IMG/VR virus record: IMGVR_UViG_3300021356_000011
Coordinates: 10,606-74,605 of that record
Source of the DNA: a virus
Strand: one strand, 5' to 3'
DNA length: 64,000 bases
Numbering within the stretch: position 1 is the first letter of the stretch; each line of letters begins with the position of its first letter. The position numbers were made by a program, and so were the translations under genes. The notes under the pieces were generated by a model. It worked only from the letters and a program-made list of their open reading frames with translations, had not been told where the DNA came from and searched no databases. This document shows positions 46,772-56,200 of the stretch, piece by piece.

Positions 46772-48400
46772 TTGGCTACCTCTGGAGCATATAAAAATCA
46801 GGCGTTTACTTTTAACTACGCCCTGCCAAAGAGCAGCGACCCTACTGCGTTCTTCACTGGCCCATTTGCAAGTGGAGAGGTGACGTATCGTCTACGAAAC
46901 GGTTCAACGTTGGGTGCTGCTGTGTCCTTGACTCCATTGCCGACGTTTCCAACGCCAAGCACTGGACCGTTCACTGTTGCATTGACTAGTTCAATGATGA
47001 ATGCGGATGAGGTTATCATCGAGTTCATTGCATCTACCAGTGATTTTGCAACTCGTACAGTTTCGATTGTTACAGAACCAACGCCCAGCGATATTCTGGA
47101 AGTACAGCAAACAGCAGTTAGCGGCGTAGCAGATTTCAAGGCGACTGGTTTTAGTACGTTTGATCCTGCTGCTGATACAGTTGCCAATGTCACAACGGTG
47201 GGATCAGTCAGTGGATCTGTTGGATCTGTTGTTGCGTCTGTGACTGCTGGAACTGTTACGGATAAGTCGGGTTACTTCATCAGTGGATCACTAACAACAC
47301 TCGATGCACTGGAGAACATTGCAGCTACAGACATTGTATCGGCAGGACCGATTACGACTCTCAGTGGTGCAGTTGTTAATGTCGATACGGTCGATGTGAC
47401 TACTACGAACTCTGACATGCGTGGTACTGATAATGCTGCAACGCAAACATCGGTTAACACGATTGATACTGAAGTAGGCCAGATCAAAGCGAAAACCGAT
47501 CAGTTGACATTTACCGTAGCTAATCAAGTCGATGCGAACGCATTGACTGGGGCTAGTGATGCAACAGCATCCAACCAGACGACGATCATCAATCATCTGA
47601 CAGATGTTAAAGGTGCTGGGTGGACTAGCACAGACAACCTTGCTGAGATCACCGAGGATGTGACTGGTTTGAATGGTGATGCCATGCGAGGGACGGATGG
47701 TGCCAATACTACAACGCCTCCAACAGAGGCACAGATCTATGCTGAGTTTGTAGCAGATAGTAACGAAGATGCATTTAAGGCAGATGTGAGTTCATTGGCA
47801 ACTAGTGCCGAAGTCTCTGATCTCAACAACCTGTCATCGAGTGATGTTGCAGCGGCGGTTTGGAATGCTGCCTATGCGAGTTACAACTCGGCAGGCACCT
47901 TCGGCAAGCTCATGGACATCATCCGCAAAAGCAACTTGACCATTGAGGGAAGTGTTGCTGGCACAGGAACGCCGACCACAACAGAGTTTCATACAGACTT
48001 GACCTATGTGGACGATGCTTTTGATGAGCAGATTCTGCTGTTTGTGTCAGGGGCATTGGAGGGTGAGTCACGACCTATCAATCGAAACTTCCAGACTGAC
48101 GGAAGAGTTGTACTGGATGAAGCATTCACCTCTCCACCTACTAGTGGCGATGAGTTTGTCATATTGCCTGAGCATGTTCATAGTCTGGCATCTATCTCAG
48201 ATTCCATACTCAGTCGCAATGTTAGCAATGTGGAAGCTAGTCTTGATGAGCATACGCTTGGAACGATTGTGCTATGTATCCTTGAATCAGTACGATCTGG
48301 GACTACATGGACGATTAAGCGAAGCGATTCCACTACGACACATGTGACTAAAACATTAACTCTTGATGCATCCGCCCAGCCTGTGATTGGAGTTGACTGA
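46772..48400 (+). CDS. Fibre-like virion structural protein
   Basis: AAGGAG RBS and TTG start; Thr/Ala/Ser-rich; IKAKTD, AAVW...AGTFG motifs typical of phage fibres. Confidence 0.65.
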   Translation: MATSGAYKNQAFTFNYALPKSSDPTAFFTGPFASGEVTYRLRNGSTLGAAVSLTPLPTFPTPSTGPFTVALTSSMMNADEVIIEFIASTSDFATRTVSIVTEPTPSDILEVQQTAVSGVADFKATGFSTFDPAADTVANVTTVGSVSGSVGSVVASVTAGTVTDKSGYFISGSLTTLDALENIAATDIVSAGPITTLSGAVVNVDTVDVTTTNSDMRGTDNAATQTSVNTIDTEVGQIKAKTDQLTFTVANQVDANALTGASDATASNQTTIINHLTDVKGAGWTSTDNLAEITEDVTGLNGDAMRGTDGANTTTPPTEAQIYAEFVADSNEDAFKADVSSLATSAEVSDLNNLSSSDVAAAVWNAAYASYNSAGTFGKLMDIIRKSNLTIEGSVAGTGTPTTTEFHTDLTYVDDAFDEQILLFVSGALEGESRPINRNFQTDGRVVLDEAFTSPPTSGDEFVILPEHVHSLASISDSILSRNVSNVEASLDEHTLGTIVLCILESVRSGTTWTIKRSDSTTTHVTKTLTLDASAQPVIGVD

Positions 48401-48543
48401 TGTGGGTATTTGAATGGGTCTTTGGCTGGTTCGGCGGTGGGGATTCTGCTACTTCTGGGGTTTTTACTAAGACTTATCAGAAACCGCCGTTCACTTCCAC
48501 TTATTTGAGTGCTTCCGATACTTACACAAAGGCAAGCAAATAA
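48400..48543 (+). CDS. Small protein (47 aa, not in ORF track)
   Basis: TGATG and TAATG coupling on both sides; MWVFEWVFGWFGGG... Confidence 0.5.
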   Translation: MWVFEWVFGWFGGGDSATSGVFTKTYQKPPFTSTYLSASDTYTKASK

Positions 48544-48890
48544 TGTCACTTAAAAGATATGCAACAGCGAGCCTTACGCTTGGCAGCACAAGGTTAGTTC
48601 ATCATGACATGACAGATGCATTGGAGGTATCAGAAACCATAGCCTCGGTCACTGTCACTGATGTTACAGATAATGGATCTTCAACTGGCGATTTGTCCAT
48701 CACGGCTGTCGCTGTGGATGCAGTTGGTTATACGCCTCCATGTTCTCAAACGGCTGTTGCTGCGAATAAGGCTATTCAATTTTCTATTCTTACATCTTCA
48801 TCAACAGACAAGTCTTACAAGCTAAAGATCAGGTGTGTCACAACCGGAGGGGTTGTTGTGGACTATTTATATGTGTCTTTTTCTGATTGA
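48543..48890 (+). CDS. Ig-like fibre adaptor/decoration protein
   Basis: D.T..L...ETI.S.TV...Y.L...C.T..G pattern. Confidence 0.5.
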   Translation: MSLKRYATASLTLGSTRLVHHDMTDALEVSETIASVTVTDVTDNGSSTGDLSITAVAVDAVGYTPPCSQTAVAANKAIQFSILTSSSTDKSYKLKIRCVTTGGVVVDYLYVSFSD

Positions 48891-48965
48891 CATTGCCTGA
48901 TTCGTCGCTAAATGAAGATGACTGTATAATTTTCAACTAAATTTCGCTTTCATGGATGATTGCAT

Positions 48966-51900
48966 ATGAAGAGTTGGAAGTACGAAAAAGACAATGTGAC
49001 AGGCGAAATCCTTGCTGTTTACCATAGTGTTCCTATTTTTAAGGAGCATACTGGGTCAGATGGTACTGAATACACCAAGGAATTGCTTGAAGCCATTGCT
49101 GACAACAATAACGACAGGATCGAGGAAACTGGTGATTTCTGTCCTATCGTTGGTTGGCATACTCCATCAGACAATGATCCATCCAAAGACCCGCCAATCA
49201 TTGGGTTTGCTGAAAACTTTCGTGTAGAGAAGTTTGGTAAGAAGCAGCCCAAGTGGTGCATCTATGCGACGTTCAAGATCCGCAAGGATAAGCATGGATA
49301 CTTTCGGGACCATCCTCGCCGCAGCGTTGAGATCTGGCCTGAAGATAAACCTGAGAATCGCTACATCGACCCTATTGCGGTGCTTGGTGCTGAAACCCCC
49401 AGGCAAGACTTAGGCTTGGTCTACAGCAAGTCTGCGGCAGGGGAGGAGTCTTATATGTACTCTTCCGTTGCTGGTGGCGGGAATACCTATGTGCCGGGCG
49501 AGGTTGAGAAGAGTGCAAAAAAGCCTTCGGTAAAAGAGAGAAGAGCAGCATTTGGAGACAGCAAGAGAGTTAAAGCTCCAATCGTCCCAGAAGGCAAAGA
49601 ACCAAATTCAAGAGATATTCGCAATCATACCTATGAAATGGTCAAAGCATTCGCTGATGCTTACCCGGTTGATGCGACTCTTAAAGAAGGTGAACTTCCC
49701 AAAGAGGCAAAGAAAAAGGGAAGAGGAGTTCAACCGGGAGATAGAGTTGCTGTTAGAAGAAACCTGCATGAAAGCCACGCCAATTGGCTTAGGAAAAACC
49801 TTGGTGAAGAAAATTACCAAGAGCTTCTTGAAAGTGTAAAAGCTGACAGGATGGGTGTAACTCCTCAGACAATTCATTCAGCAGTTAAGGGTGGCAGTGC
49901 TGATTTGATAGGTGCTGGGGAAACTGACGAGCAGATTAAAAAGAATATAAGTGAGCTACACAGTACAAGCTGGGGCAATCACCCTCTGGTTCACCTTAGC
50001 GATGTTGATTTTGTTGTCCATGAACTGTCCAGATCAGATATAGCCAAGGGAGTTACTAATAAGAAACCCATGGCATCTGCTAGAGGAAGCTATGAGCATA
50101 GCAATCCTGAAAAGTTTAAGGACTTCCTTGAAAGAAATGCGGGTGATATCCAAGAGATTAGATTTAATCCGATGACGGATCATCACTTTGTTGATCTCAA
50201 TTCACATGCGGTCAAGGGTGCGAAGGAAGCTACCCTGTTCAATGATCGTGTCTATGCAACTGGCGTTGAGTACCTACCTCAAAAGGACTCTGACGGCTAT
50301 GTGGCTTATCCGGATGATCCAGACGGCAAGGGTTTTTCTAGGATAGCAGAGGAGTCAGGAACCCTTCATAAGTTTAATAAGGAACAGTATGACAAGCCGG
50401 GACCAAAAGATCCAAGGCGAACTCCTGCTCCTAAAAAGGATCAGGTCAAGGGTAGCGACAAGAATCCCAAAGGATCTGCGTCCAAAGCCAATACTAAAAT
50501 TGAGATAAGCGACAAGACCGAAGCCAGCCTGAAGAAAAAGATGCAGGAGCATAATAAGAAAGGCAAAGGCTCCAATGCAACTTTGGGTGCATTGAAAAGT
50601 GTTTATCGCAGAGGTGCTGGAGCGTACAGCAGCAGCCATCATCCCAAAATGTCTAGGCATGGATGGGCCATGGCAAGAGTGAATGCATTCCTAACATTGC
50701 TTCGCACTGGCAAGCCCAGTAACTCCAATTACAAGCAAGACAACGACCTGCTGCCGAAGGGGCATCCTAAGAAGTCTAAAAATAGCAAGAAGCATGCAGG
50801 CATGATTGAAAGCTTGCAGAAATATGCAAAGGAGATGGGAATGCTTTCTCATGAAGAGCTTGGTGGTGAGGGATATACGCATGCTCATAAGTGGGGCTAC
50901 CGCCCTAAGGCTGAACAATCTCAGAAGTATGCGGAAGCTGGGCGCCGAGCTTTCAATGAACCTCATGCTGCAACAGCTGAGATCGCAAGAAAATATATTG
51001 AAGCGAATCGTGATCTCATTGGTGACGCTCACGCTCCTCGACAGATCTCGAAACTTGATCCATCAATTTCAAAGCGAATTGCCGCAGAATATATCTCAGG
51101 GAAGCATGACCCTTCTGACCCTAAGGTCATGAGAGCTTATCAGGCCATGGCAGATGAATCTGCCAAACAAATGCAAGCTTTGACTGATGCTGGCTATAAG
51201 GTTGAGATGTACCCAGAAGGTGCGGAGCCTTACCCCAATTCGCAGGCGTTGATTGATGATCTAAATCAGAACAAGCACCTCTGGATCTTTCCTACCGAAG
51301 ATGGTTTTGGCGAAGAGCCAATTACCGATGAGGAAAGAAAGATCAACCCGCTGCTGCAAGACTCTGGGTTTAAGGATGCCAATGGCAAACCCATGCTATT
51401 GAATGACACCTTTAGGGCGGTGCATGACTTCTTTGGCCATTCGGAACTGGGCAATGCATTCGGACCTGTCGGTGAGGAGAACGCATGGCAACTGCATAGT
51501 CGCATGTTCTCACCTGAAGCCCGAAGGGCCGTGACCACAGAGACTCGCGGTCAAAATAGCTGGGTAAACTTTGGACCTCACATTGTCAGAGAAGATGGTA
51601 GCGTTCCGAAAAGGAGTGACCCGGACTTCAAGCCACTCAAAGATCGCCCATTTGCTGACCAGAAGATGTTTCTATTGTCAGACGACACTGTGTTTGGCAC
51701 TGACGATCACGAAGGCGAGCCATTGGAGAAGATGCGAAAGAAAGGCCCGCGAGTCTTTAAGCTTCCTCCCAAGAGCAGGCCAAAAATGTCCAAGGAAGGC
51801 CAATATGCAAAATACGAAGAAACCGAGGATGGTCCTGGGTTGGATTCTTTATTAAATGGAGGAACTGACATGGCACTTGACCAACAGTCAGTCACTCAGA

Positions 51901-52850
51901 TTATCGAAGGCCTCAAGCCGACCATCATCGACATTGTGCAGGAAGAACTGCCAAAGATGCTTGGTTACGACGAGGCCTCTGATGAAATGATTGATGACAT
52001 GGATCAGGAGGAAATGCCTGAGGAAGAGCCTGAAGATGAACTTCAGGAAGAGCCTGAAGATGAGGTCTTGCGGGAAGAACCTGGGGACGAAGATGAAGAC
52101 GAAGTTGAGCGGAATGCCAAATGCGAATACGGAAAAGAAATGTTCGCAAAGATGGCAGAGAAGCACAACTTATATGGAAAAGATGCTGACCACAAAGGTG
52201 CATCTCAATACATGGCATCCATGGATGAAGCTGATCGGAATGCTATGGGCATGTACATGAAGAGTGACATGCCGAGCAAGGAAGAGAAAGACGCTTACGC
52301 CAAATGCAATGAATGTGAGAAGAACATGAAAGAAAACTACAGCAAAGCTTCAGAAGGCAGCGAGGCTGATAAGTTCAGAAAGCAACTTGATGAGCAGGCT
52401 GACAAGTTTTCCAAACTTCAGCAGCAATATTCGAAGCTCCAATCTGAGCTTGTTGAAGCTAAGGATCAGCTGACGGAAGCTCGACGAAGCGAGAAGTATC
52501 ACAAGATTGCTGACCGCCTCTCCTTGCTTGAAGCCGAAGGCTATGTCTTTGATAAAGAGCAAGAGCTTGAGTTTTGCATGCAGCTGAACGACGATCTTCG
52601 AGAAGAACATTTGAATGACCGCATCCCCAGCAAGTACACGAAGTCCCCGAGTGGACAAGTTGTACCTGTTGAGAAGTCAGAGGTCATTACTCCTGTTGAG
52701 CAGAAGAGCGTCAAGTACAGCAAGTCTGCACAACAAGCAACTATCGCTTTGCGTTCCCAGGGAGCCAAAGGCGTCGATTATAAGTCCGTTCTCAATTGGA
52801 TGATTGAAAACGATACGGAAGTGTGCCCCACCGTAGAAGACCTGAAGTAA
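48966..52850 (+). CDS. Mu gpI-like prohead protease + cargo domains + scaffold
   Basis: N-terminal ~155 aa: PI.GWH (His), RRSVE (Ser), AVLGA.TP. Three inserted domains. Acidic coiled-coil C-terminus; lies just upstream of cement and capsid genes. Confidence 0.82.
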   Translation: MKSWKYEKDNVTGEILAVYHSVPIFKEHTGSDGTEYTKELLEAIADNNNDRIEETGDFCPIVGWHTPSDNDPSKDPPIIGFAENFRVEKFGKKQPKWCIYATFKIRKDKHGYFRDHPRRSVEIWPEDKPENRYIDPIAVLGAETPRQDLGLVYSKSAAGEESYMYSSVAGGGNTYVPGEVEKSAKKPSVKERRAAFGDSKRVKAPIVPEGKEPNSRDIRNHTYEMVKAFADAYPVDATLKEGELPKEAKKKGRGVQPGDRVAVRRNLHESHANWLRKNLGEENYQELLESVKADRMGVTPQTIHSAVKGGSADLIGAGETDEQIKKNISELHSTSWGNHPLVHLSDVDFVVHELSRSDIAKGVTNKKPMASARGSYEHSNPEKFKDFLERNAGDIQEIRFNPMTDHHFVDLNSHAVKGAKEATLFNDRVYATGVEYLPQKDSDGYVAYPDDPDGKGFSRIAEESGTLHKFNKEQYDKPGPKDPRRTPAPKKDQVKGSDKNPKGSASKANTKIEISDKTEASLKKKMQEHNKKGKGSNATLGALKSVYRRGAGAYSSSHHPKMSRHGWAMARVNAFLTLLRTGKPSNSNYKQDNDLLPKGHPKKSKNSKKHAGMIESLQKYAKEMGMLSHEELGGEGYTHAHKWGYRPKAEQSQKYAEAGRRAFNEPHAATAEIARKYIEANRDLIGDAHAPRQISKLDPSISKRIAAEYISGKHDPSDPKVMRAYQAMADESAKQMQALTDAGYKVEMYPEGAEPYPNSQALIDDLNQNKHLWIFPTEDGFGEEPITDEERKINPLLQDSGFKDANGKPMLLNDTFRAVHDFFGHSELGNAFGPVGEENAWQLHSRMFSPEARRAVTTETRGQNSWVNFGPHIVREDGSVPKRSDPDFKPLKDRPFADQKMFLLSDDTVFGTDDHEGEPLEKMRKKGPRVFKLPPKSRPKMSKEGQYAKYEETEDGPGLDSLLNGGTDMALDQQSVTQIIEGLKPTIIDIVQEELPKMLGYDEASDEMIDDMDQEEMPEEEPEDELQEEPEDEVLREEPGDEDEDEVERNAKCEYGKEMFAKMAEKHNLYGKDADHKGASQYMASMDEADRNAMGMYMKSDMPSKEEKDAYAKCNECEKNMKENYSKASEGSEADKFRKQLDEQADKFSKLQQQYSKLQSELVEAKDQLTEARRSEKYHKIADRLSLLEAEGYVFDKEQELEFCMQLNDDLREEHLNDRIPSKYTKSPSGQVVPVEKSEVITPVEQKSVKYSKSAQQATIALRSQGAKGVDYKSVLNWMIENDTEVCPTVEDLK
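51870..52850 (+). CDS. Nested in-frame scaffolding protein (internal start)
   Basis: GGAGG at 51858-51862, 7 nt before an in-frame ATG at 51870; mirrors the Mu I/Z arrangement. Confidence 0.6.
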   Translation: MALDQQSVTQIIEGLKPTIIDIVQEELPKMLGYDEASDEMIDDMDQEEMPEEEPEDELQEEPEDEVLREEPGDEDEDEVERNAKCEYGKEMFAKMAEKHNLYGKDADHKGASQYMASMDEADRNAMGMYMKSDMPSKEEKDAYAKCNECEKNMKENYSKASEGSEADKFRKQLDEQADKFSKLQQQYSKLQSELVEAKDQLTEARRSEKYHKIADRLSLLEAEGYVFDKEQELEFCMQLNDDLREEHLNDRIPSKYTKSPSGQVVPVEKSEVITPVEQKSVKYSKSAQQATIALRSQGAKGVDYKSVLNWMIENDTEVCPTVEDLK

Positions 52851-52891
52851 ACGGGGCCTTGTAGGTCTAGCCACAACTAAGGAGATACACG

Positions 52892-53290
52892 ATGGCTGAT
52901 ACCTTTTCCTTCAAGGCTGGTGGGAACATTGCACCTAGCCGAATCATTGCTCTTAGCGATGCCTTCACTGTGACCCAAGCTGGTGCCACAGATGATGATG
53001 ACTTGCTAGGAGTGTCCGCTGAAAGCACGAAAGATGCTCCGGGTCTTTCTGGTGCAAGCACCAACCATGCAGAATCGGGCGATCCGGTTCAATACTATGG
53101 CCCTGGTCAGGTTTGCTTGGTTGAAGCAGGTGCTTCGATTACCGCTCCTGCTCTTTGCACCGCAGATGCCAACGGTCGAGCCGTAGCTGCAACGACTGGC
53201 GAACGTGCCGTTCTTCGAGTTTTCGAAGACGCTGGTGCGTTGGGTGAGAAGGTTCGAGCATTAGTCATTGATCCTATTGATCTTGACTAA
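52892..53290 (+). CDS. Capsid cement/decoration protein (DUF2190-like)
   Basis: A.G.I.P.R...V.QA...GV...VEAG..I.....ADANGRAV; located between scaffold and MCP. Confidence 0.75.
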   Translation: MADTFSFKAGGNIAPSRIIALSDAFTVTQAGATDDDDLLGVSAESTKDAPGLSGASTNHAESGDPVQYYGPGQVCLVEAGASITAPALCTADANGRAVAATTGERAVLRVFEDAGALGEKVRALVIDPIDLD

Positions 53291-53329
53291 TTTCCATGGA
53301 TGAACATTTGAGAAACGGAGTTTAATAAC

Positions 53330-54376
53330 ATGGCTGCTGCTTTTCCCGGTCAATTCAATACTTACATTCCAAGTACGGAAGCGACCGACAATTTGATTGC
53401 GGACTTTTCCCGCAACCCTGATCGTTTCAAGTTGGCGGAATGGTGCCAATACTTGAAGGTTGAAAAGAACAAAGGCTTCTTCACCGAAATGACGGTGGAG
53501 CAGGCTGGTCGTATTGTCAACACGGATGGTGATGACATGCGATGGGCAGATGGCAACGAAGCTCCTCGTCAGAGCTTTGGTGCTGAGTCATTTGAGTTCA
53601 AGCCTTATGTCACAGAGCGTTATGTCTCTGGATTTGAGCTTGGCGAAATGGCTGCTGAGCAAGCAAGCTGGGACGTTTTGGCCCAACATGCTCGCATTCA
53701 TGCCCAACGCATGATGACTTTCCGAACCGTCAAAGCTTTGTCTGTTGCTCAGAACAGCTCGAACTATGACGTAACGGTAGACGTTGCTTCCCCTCCAGCT
53801 GACTTGAATGTCACTGACAAGCTAGATGTCTCGACAACTAGCGAAGCATTCATCAAGCGGACGTTTGATTATGCTGCTGAGCAAATTTATCAGCGAACGC
53901 TTGGTGCTGTTCAGCAAAGCGACATCTGCTTCGTCATGAATCCTCTGACGGCTCGACGATTGTCGGTTGCCCCAGAGCTTCGTGAGACTTTGATCCAGTC
54001 GCCATTCGCGCAACAGATCATTGACAAGCAGATTGGTCCTGACACCAACTGGGGTCTACCTAATCAGCTCTTTGGCTACAAGATCGTCTGCGAAGACGCA
54101 GTCAAAGTGACCTCGATCAAGGGTGCAACTGCTGCTCGATCTTACGCTATGGATGATGGAGTCATCTTGGCCGTCAGTCGCCCAGGCGGGTTGGTTGGTG
54201 TTGAAGGTTCGCCTTCTTTCTCCACCTTCCAAGTATTCTTGAAAACTGAAATGCTGGTTGAATCCAAGCATGATCAGGACAACAAGAGACACGTTGGTCG
54301 CGTGATCGATGACTTCGATATTCGAATGGTGGCTCCGCTTGCTGGTGTTTACATCAACAATGTGCTGACTGCCTAA
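53330..54376 (+). CDS. Major capsid protein
   Basis: 348 aa; position after protease/cement, strong RBS, downstream terminator, MNP...GLP..LFG HK97-type features. Confidence 0.85.
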   Translation: MAAAFPGQFNTYIPSTEATDNLIADFSRNPDRFKLAEWCQYLKVEKNKGFFTEMTVEQAGRIVNTDGDDMRWADGNEAPRQSFGAESFEFKPYVTERYVSGFELGEMAAEQASWDVLAQHARIHAQRMMTFRTVKALSVAQNSSNYDVTVDVASPPADLNVTDKLDVSTTSEAFIKRTFDYAAEQIYQRTLGAVQQSDICFVMNPLTARRLSVAPELRETLIQSPFAQQIIDKQIGPDTNWGLPNQLFGYKIVCEDAVKVTSIKGATAARSYAMDDGVILAVSRPGGLVGVEGSPSFSTFQVFLKTEMLVESKHDQDNKRHVGRVIDDFDIRMVAPLAGVYINNVLTA

Positions 54377-54410
54377 TCGTTTTCGCATCACTTCCCCTCT
54401 CGGTGGTGCA

Positions 54411-54443
54411 GGCTGGGGCGGTAGCTCCGCCCCGGCCCTTTTT
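54411..54443 (+). terminator. Intrinsic terminator after MCP
   Basis: GGCTGGGGCGG-TAGCT-CCGCCCCGGCC followed by a T run. Confidence 0.8.
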
Positions 54444-54457
54444 AATAAGGTTGCAAC

Positions 54458-55015
54458 ATGGCGACACCAACAACTGGATCTGGAACTAGCATTACCTTTG
54501 TCAATGCAAGTGACATGGTCATCCGGTATTCTCCCGGTTTGCTAGGTGACCTTTTAGCTGATGATGGGAACCGGGTGCTAGATCTTGATGGCAATGCGAA
54601 GTTGACTGCGATATTGAATACGGCAACAGGCAAGGTCATGGCAAGCCTAGTGCAGTCTGACCGTTATACGATTGATCAACTTGAGTCGTTGGGCGATTCG
54701 ACGAGTGTCGCATATAATAAACAATCATATGAATATCTTGTTGATATCATCTGTCGCGTAGCCTATTGGTTACTATGGCAGAGGAAGCCATGGGATGATT
54801 CATCTGAAGGTTCAAGGAGACAGGCCCAGGCCGAGTCTGACTCCATACTTAAAATGCTAAGGGATGGCACTGAAATACTGGTCTTGGGTTCATCGAGCGA
54901 AGCTGGTAAGCCAAACAATGTCGGCGTCAAGGCGACTCAGGCTACTACTATGTGGTCTCAAGCAGGACGGGGTCGTTGGTATCCATCAAACAAAAACATA
55001 GACAGGAATCCATAG
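54458..55015 (+). CDS. Head-tail adaptor (Mu gp36/DUF1320-like)
   Basis: D...RY...L.DL..D...A.G.V...L...RY...L..I.C..A...L..R...L..G pattern. Confidence 0.7.
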   Translation: MATPTTGSGTSITFVNASDMVIRYSPGLLGDLLADDGNRVLDLDGNAKLTAILNTATGKVMASLVQSDRYTIDQLESLGDSTSVAYNKQSYEYLVDIICRVAYWLLWQRKPWDDSSEGSRRQAQAESDSILKMLRDGTEILVLGSSSEAGKPNNVGVKATQATTMWSQAGRGRWYPSNKNIDRNP

Positions 55016-55016
55016 T

Positions 55017-55604
55017 ATGGCTATACAACATTTTTTTGCGGGTCCAGCGACTGTAAAAATTAAAAAGCGAAATCCCGAGACAGGCGCATTGGACGCTGAC
55101 TTCACAAACATTGGGATCAACCGAGAAGCAATCCCGTTGATTATTACGCCATCGGTGCTTGATGTGCCTAGCGATGACTGGGGTGGCCCTGAGGGCGTTC
55201 CTGCTGATGTTCAGATGCTTGGTGCTATTGCGAACATTCAGCTAAGCCTGACTAAGTTTGAAATACTTGAGTTGGACAAGATGATTGATGGCACCACATG
55301 GACAACGGCAGCGGACGACTCTCCAGCAGCCGGAGAGCCATACGAATATCTAATTAAGGATCGAGGGCAAATGCCTTTGCTTGGTGCATTTATCAGGCAA
55401 AACAACTTTATGTTCCAGCTTAAGCTTGAGAGTGATTACAAAGAAATTCTTTTTGAGTATTGTTTTGTTCGCAACGGTGGTGCTGTCGCACAGGGAACGA
55501 GATATTCATCTTATGACTTGCAAGTCGAAGCCCACATGAATCACACAACCTCATCCCTTATCACTAGAAACACTCTTTACACTTCTACTTATCCTACTTA
55601 CTAA
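55017..55604 (+). CDS. Putative tail tube protein
   Basis: Position before chaperone and tape measure; GP..V, IG, DV..D..GG pattern. Confidence 0.6.
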   Translation: MAIQHFFAGPATVKIKKRNPETGALDADFTNIGINREAIPLIITPSVLDVPSDDWGGPEGVPADVQMLGAIANIQLSLTKFEILELDKMIDGTTWTTAADDSPAAGEPYEYLIKDRGQMPLLGAFIRQNNFMFQLKLESDYKEILFEYCFVRNGGAVAQGTRYSSYDLQVEAHMNHTTSSLITRNTLYTSTYPTY

Positions 55605-55625
55605 CAGAAATCACCGGAGGGGAAG

Positions 55626-56078
55626 ATGACTGCGTTAAATTATGATCGAGAAGGTTATGTGTTTAGCTACTTTGATGGAGAAAAGGCTGTAACGGCTGAC
55701 CCATCTTTGATTTTCGATAAGCTGTTGAATGATCCTGACATTGACTTTATTGGTGAATGGCAGGACATGAATCAGATCAAAGATGCAGATCAGCGTCGAG
55801 CTTGTTACTCCAACCTTGTCGAAGTCATTGATCGAGCATTTGATGTCAAGCCTTTGGGCAAAGACGGCACAGGATTGACCTTGGCTGAGCGATGGGTTCT
55901 TGCTGAAGAGTTCATCACATGGATCAATGATGTCAAAAAAAAACTGTCCGTCTTTCCGACGAGGTGGCAATCCTCGGTGGAGGAATCCTCGGAGCAGATC
56001 CACATCCAGAAACCCGACTTGGACTCCGACTCCATTACCGAAGAATCGAAAGCAGAAGAGCCGAGCCCGTCCGCTTAG
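55626..56078 (+). CDS. Tail assembly chaperone (G)
   Basis: Between tube and tape measure; contains an A9 slippery run. Confidence 0.7.
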   Translation: MTALNYDREGYVFSYFDGEKAVTADPSLIFDKLLNDPDIDFIGEWQDMNQIKDADQRRACYSNLVEVIDRAFDVKPLGKDGTGLTLAERWVLAEEFITWINDVKKKLSVFPTRWQSSVEESSEQIHIQKPDLDSDSITEESKAEEPSPSA

Positions 56079-56197
56079 GTGCTTCATGGGCCCTTGGTGG
56101 GCCAACAAGGGAATACTTTGATCACATGGCATCTAGCCCAGAAGAGGCCAATGCCTTGTGGGAAAGATACAGTCGTTCGAAGGAAGAGGCTCGATAA
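55935..56197 (+). other. Programmed -1 frameshift site and GT extension
   Basis: GTC AAA AAA AAA CTG at 55932-55946; the -1 frame is open from 55943 to TAA 56197, 3 nt before the tape measure ATG. Confidence 0.75.
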
Positions 56198-56200
56198 GAC

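Noticed and set aside
48887-48930. Sigma70 promoter before the protease gene (TTGACA...TATAAT)
   Set aside because: The two hexamers are 32 nt apart, so no well-spaced pair can be supported.
52015-52105. Short tandem GAAGAGCCTGAAGATGA repeats
   Set aside because: They simply encode the acidic EEPEDE linker of the scaffold.
32207-52850. Inteins or introns explaining the oversized portal and protease
   Set aside because: No intein C1/HN-C termini, LAGLIDADG motifs or frame interruptions were seen.
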